64,000 nucleotides of DNA, taken from assembly GCF_001447785.1 (NCBI RefSeq), contig NW_015159767.1:1-64000 (forward strand), read 5' to 3'. Of the stretch, positions 39,149 through 53,242 are shown piece after piece (the stretch's first letter is position 1; each line of letters begins with the position of its first letter). The notes under the pieces were generated by a model that was not told the origin of the DNA, searched no databases, and saw only the letters and a program-made list of their open reading frames with translations. This DNA is from Gekko japonicus. Lineage: Eukaryota. The position numbers and the translations under genes are program-made.

Positions 39149-39608
39149 GAACAGAGTTTGAGTCTACTGGCACATTGAAGACCAACAAAGTTTAATTCTG
39201 GGCGCGTGCACGCTTTGCGTACATGCACACTTCCTCAGATGCATTGAAACACTTTCCCTCAAGCCTTACAGACAGGTAGAGAGGGTGTGGGGGATAGCTG
39301 CCAGGAAGGGCTAATTAGACTCAAGATGCAGAAGTAACTTAATGTTAAGTATAGCTAAGATTGAATTAAAGCCGTTAGTGACCCCTGTGAATAGCAGCAA
39401 ATTAGCATACAGAGAATAAAAGAGTTAACAAAGAGATGCGAGAACTGACTTAGCACCTGTAGTGAGACAAGAACCCACTATCTCTATTAAGCCCTGGGGG
39501 TTCCATTGTCCTGAGTGCTGTAACAACTTGTAAATGGTCTTAAAAGGTGCCACTGGATTCAAACTTTGTTCTGTTGCTTCAGACCAACTCGGCTACCCAC
39601 CTGAATCA
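39149..39608 (-). mobile_element. 5'-truncated Penelope-like retroelement with GIY-YIG endonuclease C-terminus
   Basis: Minus strand about 39530-39450 reads QVVTALRTMEPPGLNRDSGFLSHYRC*. It is flanked by inverted termini related to the other palindromic remnants. Confidence 0.6.
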
Positions 39609-40999
39609 AATTAGTTGATGCACATAGGGCAGAGTCCAGAAGAAACAGATTGGGGGGGGGGCATAAGAGGCAAGGCCAGAACAGTGATTCATGCAGATAT
39701 GCAGTGGTTCACTCCTCTGTGGCTCAAATAAACTTGTTATTATTTAATTATTAGTTTCTTAATGTTAATGTATTGGTCATTAATTAATTTATATATTTAG
39801 TTATTGCAGTATACAGTTTTGGAATCGTTGCACTGCCATAAAAAGGCATCCACAAGGACCTGGTGAGCTTTGTATATCTGGTGGTGGCCCCATTTCTCCA
39901 CTGTGGGACTGATAAATGGGGGAATGAGATGATCTAAAAGATCCCCCCCTTCAAGTTAGATCAGCTCTAAAGGTTGGACAAGGGACTGCAAGGAAAGTTT
40001 TAGTCTGGATTAGAGGAAGATGCTAGATGTGAACAGAGACTGGATTGATCAGATATTCTTTCGGTGTCCTCCAATGTAACAGCGACACGCCACTGGTGAA
40101 ACAGTGTATATGAATGTTCATAACCCGCGAATAAAGAATTTTAAAAAATGTCCTAAAAGAACTAAAGAAATAAAAAGCCCATTAAAAGCGGCAACTGGTG
40201 TTAACGTGTGAATATGTGACGTCCCAAACGTGTCTGCCTTTCAATCAAGGACATCTCATGGAGCGAAAAGAGGTGAGGTGTCTAAGAAAACTTTCCATGG
40301 TCATAGATCCAGAGGAGTTAGCCCTGTTAGTCTGTTAATAAAGTTTGTTAGAAGAGGAGAAGAGAAGAGATTGGATTTATACCCCGCCCTTCACTACCAA
40401 AGGAGTCTCAGAGCAGCTCATGAACTCCTTTCCCTTCCCCTCCCCACGACAGACACCCTGTGAGGTAGGTGGAGCTGAGAGAGCTCTGACAGAAACGGCT
40501 CTTTTTCAAGAACAGCTCTGACAGAACTACGGCTTGCCCAAGGTCATCCAGCAGCTGCGAGTGGAGGAGTGGGGGAATCGAACCCGGTTCTCCCAGATTA
40601 GAGTCTGCGCACTTAACCACGACACCAAACTGTTAGTATTAAAGGTGCTATTGGACTTTTTATTATTTTAAAGCAAACTTTGAAAGATTGGGGGGGGTGT
40701 CGTTTGCTTTCCCCGCTATCCGTGATGCAACATTTTGTAGGGGTGAATTCAATATCGCTTCCCTCCATCCTTACAGGGGCCCTTTCCCTTGGAGCAAACA
40801 GGGACGCTATTCTGACCGGGGTTGCCAATTCCTGGTTCAGAAATACCGGGAGATTTGAGCGTGGAAGCCGGGAGGGTGGGATTTCGAGAGGACAGGGACC
40901 TCGGGGGAGGTAATGCCCTGCCAAAGCAGCCATGATCTCCAGGAGAAGAAGCGGAATGGATGTGTCTCAAATAAAGAAATAATAGAAATGAAAGCACCA

Positions 41000-41345
41000 A
41001 TCCGGGTTCCTCTCTTTCCAAGCCCGGGCTGCCTGCTCTGCCTCCCCCCCCCCCCCCCCCGCCTCTTCCTCCTCCTCCTCCTCCCCATCCCTCTCCCCTT
41101 TCTCCCTCTCCAGAAATCCGCTTTCTCCTCCTCCCTCCGTTCAGATCCCTCCTTCTTTTCCTACCAGGCACCGAGAGGGGGGCCGGCGGCGGTGCTCCGG
41201 GGCCCCCCCCCCCTTCCNNNNNNNNNNNNNNNNNNNNNNNNNNNNNNNNNNNNNNNNNNNNNNNNNNNNNNNNNNNNNNNNNNNNNNNNNTGGTCCCCCT
41301 TCTGTTTCTAAGTCCCAGCCAGGACCTTCTGCGCGGGGGGGGGGG
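41000..41345 (+). promoter_or_regulatory. Possible GC-rich promoter / non-coding first exon of the TWSG-like gene
   Basis: GC-rich, G/C-run region with a small gap about 3 kb upstream of coding exon 1. That exon begins with a splice acceptor, so an upstream exon is needed. Confidence 0.3.
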
Positions 41346-44300
41346 GATTACACCTCTCCCCCTTACATAATGCTCTGGGGATCGGCTGGAAGGGCCACCC
41401 ACGTCCCTCCCCTGCCTTTTGTTCCAGTTAGAGTTGCCAACCTCCCGGTGGGGGCCTGAAGACCTCCCGAAATCACAACTGATCTCTGGATCAGTGCCCC
41501 TGCAGAAAATGGAAGCTTTGGAAGGTGGACCCGAGCCAGGTTGGAGAGCCAGGTTGGTGAAGTAGTTAAGAAGCCGGGGTTTGATTCCCCGCTCCTCCAA
41601 CATGCAGCTGCTGGTATGACCTTGGGTCAGTCACAAGTTCTCTCAGAGCTGTTCTCTCAGGAGCCGTCCTAGAAAGAGCTCTCTCAGCCCCACCTACCTC
41701 ACAGGGTGTCTGTTGTGGGGAGGGGGAGGGAAAGGGATTGTAAACTGCTCTGAGACTCCTCCGGGTAGTGAAGGGCAGTGTATACATCCAATCTCCTCTT
41801 CTTCTCTATGGCATTATACAGCATCGAGGTCCCTTCCCTAGGGATGCCAACCTCCAGGTGGGGCCTGGAGATCCCCTGGAATTACAGCTCATCTCCAGAC
41901 TGCAGAGATCAGTTCCCCTGGCGGAAATGGATGCTTTGGAGAGTGGGTTCTATGGCACTGTACTCTACAGAGGTCCCTGGCCTCCCCAGGCTCCACCCCC
42001 AAATCTCCAGGAGTGTCCCAACCTGGATTTGGCAACCCTACACCACCCTATCCCCCACTGGTGGCCGGGGTGGACCTGGCAAATCTGTTCCCCTAGGTTC
42101 TACACCCACATCTCCAGGAATTTCCCCACTTGGAGTTGGCAACCCTAATCTCCCAGTTGAACCTGGAATAGCTGCTTTGCATCCCCAGGAAGTACCCCTA
42201 TGAATGAGGATTAAAAGAACTCCCTCTGTACCTAGCAACTTACTTCTGAAGGTGGGGAGGGGCTGGCTGGAGCCACCTGTCCTCTCGCCCACATTGCAGG
42301 GGTGGCCAAACTCGCTGAATGTAAGAGCCACATAGAAACAAAGGTCAGGTGTTTGAGAGCCACAAGTCGTAAACTAATATTACACACACAGTTTTTTATT
42401 GGGAGATATGCAAATTTGCTTTTTATTGACACGAAACGAGACTGCCGAAAATAAAAACAAAACGGGTAAAACAGGCATTGATGATTATATTTATTTGTCC
42501 AATGATATTTATTTGTCTTAAGAGAGAGAGGTAGAAAGAAAGAATGAAAGAGGTAAAGAGAGAGAGAGGAACAGAAACAAAAAGCCCATGCGGAAATAAA
42601 TAAATAAATAAAATTAAAAAAGCAAATAGATGGGGGGGAGGAAGAGAGAGAGAAAAAGACGAAAAGAAATAATTTAAAGTTTCTTTCTCTGCCCCCCCCC
42701 CCATGTCAAGTATACCCAGGGAGGGGAACGCTGGTTGGGAAAGGGAAGACTGATCAGGGAGGTATGCTTCCCCTTCGCTTCCCCAGCCATCCTGCCGGGA
42801 GCCACACAATATGTGTGAAGAAGAAGAAGAAGAGAAGAGATTGGATTCATACCCCGCCCTTCACTGCCCAAGGGAATCTCAGAGCGGCTTACAATCTCCT
42901 TTCCCTTCCCCTCCCCACAAAAGACACCCTGTGAGGAAAGTGGGGCTGACAGAGCTCTTGACAGAAACGGCTCTTTTTCAAGGACAGCTCTTATCAGAAC
43001 TACGGCTTGCCCAAGGTCATCCAGCCAGGTGCAAGTGGAGGAGTGGGGAATCAAACCCAGTTCTCCCAGATTAGAGTCCGCACGCTTAACTAATACACCA
43101 AACTGGCTCTCTCCCGAGCCACAGTTTGGCCACCCCTGTCATATTGGTTCAAATAGGAGGGGTGGGAAACAGGAAAAAGAGGAGAAAAGAAGCATGAAAA
43201 AAAGGACAGATTTTGGGAGACGAAGAGAGGGAAGGAAGGAAACTTTTCACACTTTCCAAGGAATCAAAGTGTGGGTAACTGCAGCACCTGGCGGCCCAGG
43301 GTCAGCAAAGATTTTTTCCAAAGGACCAAACAAGGCACTGGTGAATTAATGGGCCCACTTCTCCTCTTAGGCCCCAACTGACTACCAAGGGGTATGTGTA
43401 GGCTAGGATTACCAGCCCTCAGGTGCATCCTTGACCATCTCTGGGAATGACAACTCATCTCCGGTGTTCCCTCTAAGCTGAGTGAGTGTGAGCTAGCTCA
43501 CAGTTTTTGAGCCTCCGGCTCACACTTTTTTGTCTTAGCTCGGGAAAGACGGCTCGAAGGCAGACTCATTTATGCAGTAGCCAAATCGACCGCTCACAAC
43601 TTTTAGTGCCAGTAGCTCACAAAGTAGAATTTCTGCTCACAAGACTCCACAGCTTAGAGGGAGCATTGCATCATCTCCAGATGAAAGAGAGCGGTTCCCC
43701 TGGAGGAAATGGCTGCTTTGGAGGGTGGCCTCTATGGCACTGGACCATGCTGAGACCCCACACCCTAGGTTCTGATACACAAATCTGTGCCTGCATGCTC
43801 CCATGCCGAATTGGAAACACACAATCGGAGTCCGACGAGTTAGATGAATATCTGTTTAATGCATTGAAACAGGGGATACAGGGCTGAGTGCCTTTCCAAA
43901 GCTGTATTCTGCCGTAACGGAAGGGCAGAAGGTCTTATATTTCAGATGACACACCCTAATCTCCAGGCATTTCCCAACCTGGAGCCAGCAACCCTAGAAC
44001 TGGGCCAATAGGCAAGTCAATGGGGGGTGGGGGGTGGGACAGGCAACAGATCAGTGCTGAGAGATGCTGAGCGTGCACCCCCAGACGCACAGGGGCAGAT
44101 TAAGGCTCACTGGTGCCCTAAGCACTGACCAATCTTGGTGCCCCCCCCCTCCTTTCCACACTGACCCCCAGTCCATTTCAGTTGTTGACCTGTCTGACCA
44201 GATATACAGTGCAGGTTGCAGCAATACAAAAATGTATTCATAGGATAACACACAACAGACTGTACAAACTAAGCCAAGCTTGGGCTACATAAAGTTCACA

Positions 44301-44472
44301 CTTTTCCCAACTTTGTGGTGCCCCCTTTCACCCTGGTGCCCTAAGCACATGCTTAGTCTGCTTCATGGCTAATCCGCCCCTGCAGACGCCCCTTGCTTTT
44401 CTGTGCTCACGTGACCCCCTTTTGCTTTCCATTCCTCTTCCAGTGGGGTCCACCCCCGACGACGCCACCGGG

Positions 44473-44589
44473 ATGCCTCGCGGACTGGCCTTGTTCTTGG
44501 TGGCGGCAGCGACGTGGGCCGTGGCCTCCCCTGCTGACGGATGCAACAAGGCTCTCTGTGCCAGTGACGTCAGTAAGTGCCTGTTGCAG
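44473..44589 (+). CDS. Twisted gastrulation-family gene, coding exon 1 (signal peptide and start of N-terminal Cys-rich domain)
   Basis: MPRGLALFLVAAATWAVASPADG-CNKALCASDVSKCLLQ. Acceptor at 44443 upstream of the ATG, donor gtgaga, phase 0. Confidence 0.92.
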
Positions 44590-46248
44590 GTGAGATCTTA
44601 GGGAGGATGTGCCCTTCGGGGCTTAGACCTTCAAACCAGGATGACGTTGCCCCTTCTTGTGGCTGCCCGGAGCTCTCTTCTGTTCTGAGTTCAAATGGGA
44701 GGCCCGCCTCACTAACTGGTACCCCAAAGGACTGGTTTTTAGAGCCCGGGATATTTTTTTGGGTCCCCTCTCCAGGGTGGCTTCCACACGGGGACAGGCT
44801 TGTGTGGGTTCCCTGTTGCTGCTGCAAGTGTCGATACAGTGCATTGTCAATGGGCTCTGCAGTTCCCTGTCCCAGTCCTCCAGCAGCCGCCATCTCTTGT
44901 TCTCTGGGCTGCCAGGGTTTCTTTCAGTTATTTTTCTAAATTATCAACTGAGTATTGTTATATCAACATAATGTTATGACAATCTGTGTATCAGATTCAC
45001 CAGATCCCCAGGTTACGTTTTTAACAATATAAGTCTCTAGCCCCTTTTGTTGCAGATGTATGCCTTTCCCTTTATATCTCCTCAAAGAAAGGGGCTGGAC
45101 CAGAGGTATCAGACTTCTTTGTTACGAGGGCCAGATCTGACATAAAAGCTATTTTGTTGGGAAGGGCCATGTCCAGTGTTCCCTCTAAGCTGAGTTAGTG
45201 TGAGCTAGCTCACAATTTTTTAGCCTCCAGCTCACACATTTTTGTTTTTGCTCAGGAAGGATGGCTCCAGAGCCAACTGATAGCTCGCTCACAACTTTAA
45301 TGCCAGTCGCTCACAAAGTAAAATTTTTGCTCACAAGACTCCACAGCTTAGAGAGAACATTGTCCACCATAAAATGTAACACCAGGTACTGGAGATATAA
45401 AGTTTATAAATGACACGGGCAAACCCAGTTAATGATAATATTTTATCGTTATCGAAATAGAAACGGAAGCAATTGATTCCTAGGAGTGAAAGCAATTGAT
45501 TTAGTGGGGAATCCACAAAAGCCCCAGTAAATGTATTTTATATGCAAGACTAGGTTTCCCTCCCAAGGGATACCATACCTGCCCCCTAGCCATTTCCTTT
45601 CATTTCTTGACAGATTCGACCACACAGACCTCACCATGTGTGCCCACGTGCCCACTCCCCTCCCCCCACCGAGCAGCCTCCTGACTTTCCTCTCTCACAC
45701 CAGTTGCTCGCAGGCCAGATAAAAGCTCTGGACGAGCCAGTTCCGGCCCCTGGGCCGCATGTTTTACACCCATGGGCTAGACTTACTTAAAAAAAAGAAA
45801 AGAAAACTAGGAGTTCAGAAAATCTGTTGCACACGTTCTTATAACATGATATGACTATAATGATATTCAGTTGCCACTTTTTAGGAAAAGTCTCCTGGTC
45901 TCCCTAGGGGAAGGAAGTGGCTGCTATGGGGCTGGGGAAATCCCAGCTTTCCCACCCCCCACTGCAGTCCTCTAGGCTTTGCTGCAATCTTTCCCAAAAC
46001 ATCAACGCAAAGCAGGTTTGAGAAACGTTGGAGAAAAGCGGTGGAAACCCGGAGAGGTGTATGAATGCACCACAGGGGTAGCGTGGGGGGTGGGTGTCCG
46101 CTTCCCAACAGGATTAAACAAAGGGCTAACAGCCCATGTGGAAATGGCCCATGTATCTCTGTGAGCCATTACTCTGGGCATGCAACCTGACTGCGCGCAT
46201 AGATATGCCCGTAGCAGTAACTCAAGAAAAAAATGCATGTGCCCAAAT

Positions 46249-46570
46249 TAGGGTTGCCAAGTCGATCTTCGCTGGGAGTGGGGGGCTCCCGGTTGGTGTC
46301 TGGTGCGCGCGCGCTGCATGCACATCACCTGAAAGTGACCTGACGACGCCAGCCACGCTGGGGCGGGGCCACGGCCATACAAGGGAAAACCATAGAGTTT
46401 TCCCTCGGATGGCCGTGGCCCCTCCCCCAGCGTTCCCGGCGTGGTTGCGTCACTTCCAGGTGACGCGCACGTCAGGGAGGAGTCCCCCCCGGGGCCCGAT
46501 CCAGCGCCGCCGGGGAATGGGCCTCTGGGGCGGGGTTTTCCCCGCCCCCCGGGGGAACTTGGGAAGCCTA
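46249..46570. mobile_element. hAT-type MITE (tagggttgcca TIR family)
   Basis: 8-bp TSD gcccaaat. Related copy at 24262-24609; elements with similar ends near 9905-10118 and 41839-42147. Confidence 0.75.
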
Positions 46571-46571
46571 G

Positions 46572-47213
46572 CCCAAATTCAACCACCAAAAAATCAATGA
46601 CTTATAGATTTTATAGCTATAACATATACATTGCTCAGAACAAATTTTCCTATGACACAATTAAATAGACAGGTAGAAATTCACAGGGAAAGTTTTCCCC
46701 CCATAAACATCTTTGTAATAATCAAATTCAAAAAAGTCCTTGAACTGTAGGATGTGATTGTGTCTCTGCCATTCATGAAAATGGTACAGTGGAGACATGC
46801 TTCAGACTTTTGAAGGGAGGTTCCAAGAAATGATTGATTTTCCATTGGGAATCACTGAGGATTGCTGTAACGGAATATACTCTGTGGATGTTTACACGGA
46901 TCTATAAAATGTTGCATCCAGCATGATTCTTGAAAAAGTTATTGAAACGGATTTATAACCGGGGGTCCGTCAAGTCGGCTGGCAGAGACACGATCACATC
47001 CTACAGTTCAAGGACTTTTTTTGAATGTAATTATTACAAAGATGTTTATGGAAAAAAACTTTACCTGTGAATTTCTGTCTATTTAATTGTGTCATAGGAA
47101 AACTTGTTCTGAGTAATGTGTATGTTATAGCCGCCCTGAGCCCTTTGTGGGGAGGGTGGGGTATAAATTTAATAATAAATAAATCATTGGGGTTTGGGTG
47201 GTTGAATTTGGGG
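46572..47213. repeat. Long inverted repeat (foldback) in TWSG-like intron 1
   Basis: 46616-46771 is the reverse complement of 46980-47131, and 46572-46605 matches about 47178-47213. Confidence 0.75.
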
Positions 47214-48657
47214 ACGTGCATTTCCCCCCTTGTTTACACATATTGCTGTGCCGCTGCTTTTTCTCTTGTAGCAGTGACTCATGCAGGGATGCACGGGGCA
47301 GGCTCCTTTGAAGGATAATCCCAATTGCCTCTCTGTGCTGAGAGCAACTGAATGATCCCATCACACCCCAGGCAGAATGAACTATCCCCCAGGGGAGCCT
47401 AAGTGAGAGGAGGTTCAGAGGGTGGCCATGTTGGTTTTTAGTAGAACTGTTCGATTTGAGTCCATTCGCACCTTAAGAGACCAGCAAGAGTTTCAGGGTG
47501 GAAGCGTTCAGGAATCAAAGCTTCCTTGGTCAGACAGAAAGGGAAGTCTAAAGAAGGGAACGTTGACTCTCAGAAGCTTACACCCCAAAACGCTTGTCGG
47601 GTCTCAAAGGTGCTCCTGGACTCAGATCTAAAAGTGAGAGCAGTGACACATGCCCAGAAACCGGCTGGCATCTGCACCTGGTGAAGTGGTCACTTTGGGC
47701 CCACCAGAGTATTTGATTATTTAGTGAACGCAGGGCTTTTTTTTAATAGAAAAAGCCCAGCAGGAACTCATTAGCATAATAGGCCACACCTAACATCAGA
47801 AACTCATTAGCATGTTAGGCCACACCCCTGCTTCTTCTGCCTGCTTAGTACACGGAAACCAAGCCTCAAAATGAGGGGAAAGGGGACTGCATGCGGCAAA
47901 CGTTCCACAGCTAAACGGGACCCCAAGCTCAGTCCTTTCTCAAATCAGAGGTCTCCGTCAGCCACTGTTGAGAAGCAAGGCATTGCAGTGACCAGTTAGT
48001 GGGGAAGCACAGCAGAGTCATCTAGTGGCAGAATTCGGAAATGCAAGAGAAGCTCAAATACTGCAACAGCAGGGCTTTTGGCGAGGGAGGGGAGGGACAG
48101 GCTCGGAAGCCAGCCGGAACTCCGTTCCTGTGTGTTCCTGCCTAAAAATAGCCCTGAGTGAACGTATTTTTCTCTGCGCACTCCCCTGAAACACAGTATT
48201 GAAATAGGTGGGCCAGATCAGCCCCCCTTTCAGAAGGCAGGAACCAGGACTTGCAAACTGAAGAGCCTACAGATTTAGCAAGGTTCCCCTTGAGACTCAA
48301 GATGCAGATGGTAGAAGCCAGAGGAGGGTTTGTTTCTTTGGGACAACCTGGGACCTTTTCCAAGGTGAAAACCCCGGCAGGTATAGCTGCTCTAAAGGGA
48401 GAACCAGTGAAACGCAGTGGTATGAGTGTTGCTCTTGGACCTAGCAGGATCCGGGTTTAAACCCAGCCCCCCTACTATCAAGCATGCTGGGTGACCCTGG
48501 GCCACTCATGGTGTCTCAGCCTGGCGAACCTCACCGGGTTGTTTCTGAGACTTAAAACCACATTTGGTGCCCTGTGCTCCTTGGGGAAAGGGTGGGATTA
48601 AAACACACTCGATAAAGAGTTAAAAGTTGTGACATCCCGCTTGGCATCTCTTGGCAG

Positions 48658-48757
48658 GAAGTGTGCCAGTGCGAGGCGAACCACGCTGGCTGCCCGTGCT
48701 GTCAGGAGTGTGCCTTTTGCCTGGGGAACTTGTGGGAATCCTGCTGCGAATGTGTGG
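48658..48757 (+). CDS. Twisted gastrulation-family gene, coding exon 2
   Basis: 100-bp AG/GT exon not in the ORF track: [33 protein letters not shown](G). Cys spacing is identical to TWSG1. Confidence 0.92.
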
Positions 48758-51700
48758 GTGAGTGAACTCTGCAGCGGGGGGGGGGATCAGAAGCCCAGTC
48801 ATTCATCACTAGAATGCTATGATTTATGGGGGCGGCAGGGGGGGGGAGAGCATGTCTTTTTCTCCTATATTATTTGATGATCGAAATGGGTTATGGACTT
48901 CCAAACGACGAAGGTGGCTGAAATATTTTGCCTGTCCTCGCAGAACACTAGCCAATCGGTCCTGAGCCCCTTTCTGAGGAGAAGCCTCATCTAGTCGCCG
49001 GAGCAGTGGCCACCTTCCTGTTACAGCAGACACAGAAGTGTCTGGTAGCACCTTAAGAGACAAACAGATTTTGTGTGGCAGGAACTTTTATGAACCAGAG
49101 ATCTGCACTTCATATGATGCATGAAGTGTATCCTTGTATCACAAACAGGGGTCATTTAGTAGAAAAAGAGGTGCAGGAGCTCATTAGCATAACTTATTTG
49201 CATATGCCACACCCCCTGACATAACCGGAAGTGTGTCAGAAGGCAACACTCACCACTCAGGCTCCACTGGACTGTTTTGGATTGCTAGCTACTGGGGGGG
49301 GGGACGTGCAGATCTGTCCTCGCAGAGGAGGGAGAGCTTGTACCTGAATAAAACTTGGTCTTAAAGGTGCCACTGGACTGTTTTGGCTAGCTATGGGGAG
49401 GGGGAATGCACAGATCTGCCTTCACAGAGGAGGGAGAGCTTGTACCTGAAGGCGGGATGGGGGGGGCCTCTGCAACTTACCTGGCTGCTTCTTGCTCCTT
49501 GTGGCCCGACTGAGGGCTGCTGAGAGCAGGGGCGGGGCTTGTTGCATGTGCCCGCCCCCTGGGCTCCTTACTGCCGGAGCTCTGCTCCTGTGTGCTCCCG
49601 CAGGAACTGACCCCTGATCACAAATATGTATATACACACACAAGAAGGAATATATATAGGTATATTCACACACACAAGAAGGAACCTGTGAGATTCTCGG
49701 GTTGGGGGGATTTGGCTCATTCCCCCTTCCCCTCCTGGCCTCTGTGCCTGCCTGGCTGTCCCCCCCCCAGGAAGGCTCCGGCTGCACATCTGCCTGCCCC
49801 CCACCACTCTTTTTCTCCACTCAGCTGTTTGGCTCACATTGTGGTGAGGGCGGCAGCTACTGTGGCAGTGGCTCAGTGGCAGAGGGGGAATGTTGCGGTC
49901 TGCAGCGAAGGCTCCCTTCTCCTTGCCCATCTCCTTGAGGTGAAGGGAGGTGGTTTGGTGGTAGGCGGAGGATGAGAGGCTGCAGCCGTCTGCCTCCGGC
50001 ACCTCTGCCTCACGTGGAGGCAGTTTGGCGGCAGGTGGGGAGACTGGCAGTGGAGGCGCCTACATAAGAACAGAAGAGGAGCCAATGTTGGATCAGGCCA
50101 ATGGCCCATCCAGGCCGACATTCTGTGTCACTCAGTGGCCAAAAATACCAGGGGCCATCAGGAGGTCCAGCAGTGGGGCCCAGGACACTAGAAGCCCTCC
50201 CCCTGTTGCCCCCCCAAGCACCAAGAATACAGTGCATCCCTTGCCCCAGACCGAGAGTTCCTATCTATACCTTGTGGCTAATAGCCCCTGATGGACCTCT
50301 GGCCTCTGTGCCTGGCTGTTCTGTCCCTCCCCTGGTTCTCTTCCTCGCCCACCTATGGTGTCGGTTCAGAGGCAGTTGTCGGCACACTGAGTTGTAATTC
50401 TTTTGGGGTGGGGGGTGTCTTTTCAAGGCTTGGGGTTGTTCTGCAAACCTGGGCATCCCCCCCAACTTTGGAGGAAAATCTCCCTTCTCTCACTGTGGCC
50501 CCAATCTGTAGATTTAAGTATCCACAGATAGGGCCGTGTTGACTATTAGATATCACGCTGGTATAAATACGCATTGAGGGGGGGGAATGGCTCTCAAAGC
50601 TATGAAGTGAAAGAGTTTGTGACCTTTCCGTGCAAGAGCACAGTGTCTGTTCAGAGGAGCAGAGACAGATGCGGAGCAGCACACAATCCTCCCAGGAATG
50701 CTTCACCGGCACCAAACCTGTGGCGTGGATCTACCGTCTTTATGGTGGCCCGATATGTCCATTCAGCTACAGTCTCCCCTTGAAAGTACTTTCGCTATAG
50801 AATGACGACTTTCCGTGCCTGCTGCTGACCTGAAAGCCACCATTCTACACAGAAAAGAAAGAAAAAAGGCACAGAGGGAAACTCCGGCACGAACGTGGTG
50901 GCTGTAACCCATCAGCGAGCTGGATGGTATTCCACTGGTGGTGGCGGAAAGTCCAGTCAAGTTGCAGCCGACTTATGACGACCCCATCAGGTTTTCGAGG
51001 CAAGAGGCAAAGAGAGGTGGGTTTGCCACTGCCTGCCTCGGCGTAGCAATCCTGGACTTCCTCACCGGTCTCCAAGTACTAATCTGGGCTGACCTTGCTT
51101 AGCTTTTGAGTTCTTCTATCTCAAGTTTTTTGTTAGTTGGTGGGAGATAGGAATTGATAATCAAAAGACTGCCCCCAGTCCAAGTCATAATGACAGCCAT
51201 TGCTCACTGATCCAAGGGGAGATAAGAATGCCCGGGGGCCCTTTTAGTCTTCCTGGGCCCCAACCTGGGATGGCCTTACCCGCATATGAATAGTAGCCAT
51301 CTAATTCAAGAGGAGCTGCAGACCAAGTTTCCTGGAGTATAAAACCTCATGGTTTTGCCGGAAAAAAGGCGTATCTGAGGGCAAAGCAAAGCATCTAATC
51401 CAGCCTGCTACGTTCCAAGCTAAGATGTTCATCGCTTTGGGTGTATCTCACGTCTTTAATTGTCAGTCTTCCATCATAATTGTTTCTAAGTCACCCATTG
51501 GGTCCCGGATTATACATCCATTTTTAAGTGTATGAGCAGGAACAGATTGCTCACTCCTGGGGGAACGTTGGTGCTTAATGTTCCTTTGTACAATTATTAA
51601 CCGTTGGGTCCTCTTCCCTCTTGTTGCTCATTGAAGTTGTTATCAGTACCTGGTGAGGGATTGTCCGAGCTTTACAGATCATTTGCTCATTCCTTCCTGG

Positions 51701-51950
51701 AAGGTCAGCTGTTATTTGACATTGGTCCCCCTTCTCTATGCTTGATGTATTAGATTGCAGATGATCCAGGTTCAGGGCAATTTCCATCTGGCCCTCTGGG
51801 CGGGGGCTCATAGGGGAGTGGTTTAAGGGGACATAGTGGATCATTCCGGGCAGATTTCTCTTCCTCTGTTTTTTTCTTTTTTTAACTATTTGTATTTGTA
51901 GGGCAGATTTCTCTTCCTCTTTTTTCTTTTTTTAACTATTTGTATTTGTA

Positions 51951-52170
51951 TCTAGCAGTTCGAAAGCAAGAAATTGCAAGTAGATAAATAGGTACCACTT
52001 CGGTGGGAAGGTAAAAGCGTTCCGTGCGCCTTGGTGGTTAGTCATGCCGGCCACATGACCACGGAAACGTCTTCGGACAGCGCTGGCTCTTCGGCTTGGA
52101 AACGGAGATGAGCACCGCAACCCTAGAGTCGGACTCGACTGGCTTTCGAGCAAGGGAACCTTTACCTTTA
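51951..52170 (-). mobile_element. Sauria SINE (3'-truncated)
   Basis: Reverse complement of the same family, with an aaaggtaaagg head. Confidence 0.82.
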
Positions 52171-53242
52171 TTAAAGTTTTCAAATGTTTTACAGAGCAAT
52201 ACAAACATTGTCAACTTGGCGTGCTACATGAAGAATAGCATTCTAAAAAAACCCCCAGTTTAATAATACATTTTAACGTGCCCTTATACTATTGAGTAGT
52301 GCTAAATACATAGATTTTTTTTTTCGGGAGGCAATTTAAAGAAAAGGACTGAGCTGACTAAGTACTGATCTTTGACTATGAAAGGAATGGTCACTGCTTT
52401 TTAACTTTATATCAACAGGTCTTTTCTCTCTAAAAAAAAAAGTGACAATTTTCCCAATGGAGTCGCAATGTTCCCTCTAAGCTGCGGAACCTTGTGAGCA
52501 AAAATTCCACTTTGTGAGCTCCTGGCATTAAAGCTGTGAGTGAGCAGTTTGGCGACTGCATGAACTAGCTTGCTCAGGAGCCCTCCTTCCCGAGCTAAGG
52601 CAAAAACCTGTGAGCCAGAGGCTAAAGAACTGTGAGCTAGCTCACACTAACTCAGCTTAGAGGGAACCAGGGGTCGTTTCGTAGAAAAAGAGCTAGGGGA
52701 ACTCATTAGCATAACTCGTTAGCATAAGCCACACACCCTGACATCACCGGAAGTGTGTCGTAAGGCCACACACCCTGACATCACCGGAAGTGTGTCATAA
52801 GGCCACACACCCCGCCCCCAACGGTCCAGGCCGGCGGGAGTCGATCCCCTGCGATCCCCCCCGAAATAACCTCTGGAGGGAACACTGATTGGAGTGTACA
52901 GTTCCCATACATTTCTCTAGTAAGAAGTAATCCCAGACTGTGGCATACCAAGAGGCGGTTGTGGGTGGTTTTTAGTATCTCTGTTTTCCCTTTCCAGGGG
53001 TGCATCCGATTTCTCATGACTTTTGAGATCTGATGAGATCGGGCTCGCCGGGCCTATCAAAGTCAGGGCAGAGGGTGGTGGAACCTGCCATTAAGCCGCA
53101 GACAACTTACGGCGACCCCATTGGGTTTTCAAGGCAAGAGATGAACAGAGGTGGTCTGCCATTGCCTGCTACTGTGTGGCGACCCTGGACTTCCTCGGTG
53201 GTCTCCCCTCCAAGTACTGACCAGGGCTGACCCTGCTTACCT

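Noticed and set aside
51849-51950. About 50-bp direct duplication next to a Sauria SINE
   Set aside because: Low-complexity sequence, likely slippage or an assembly artefact.
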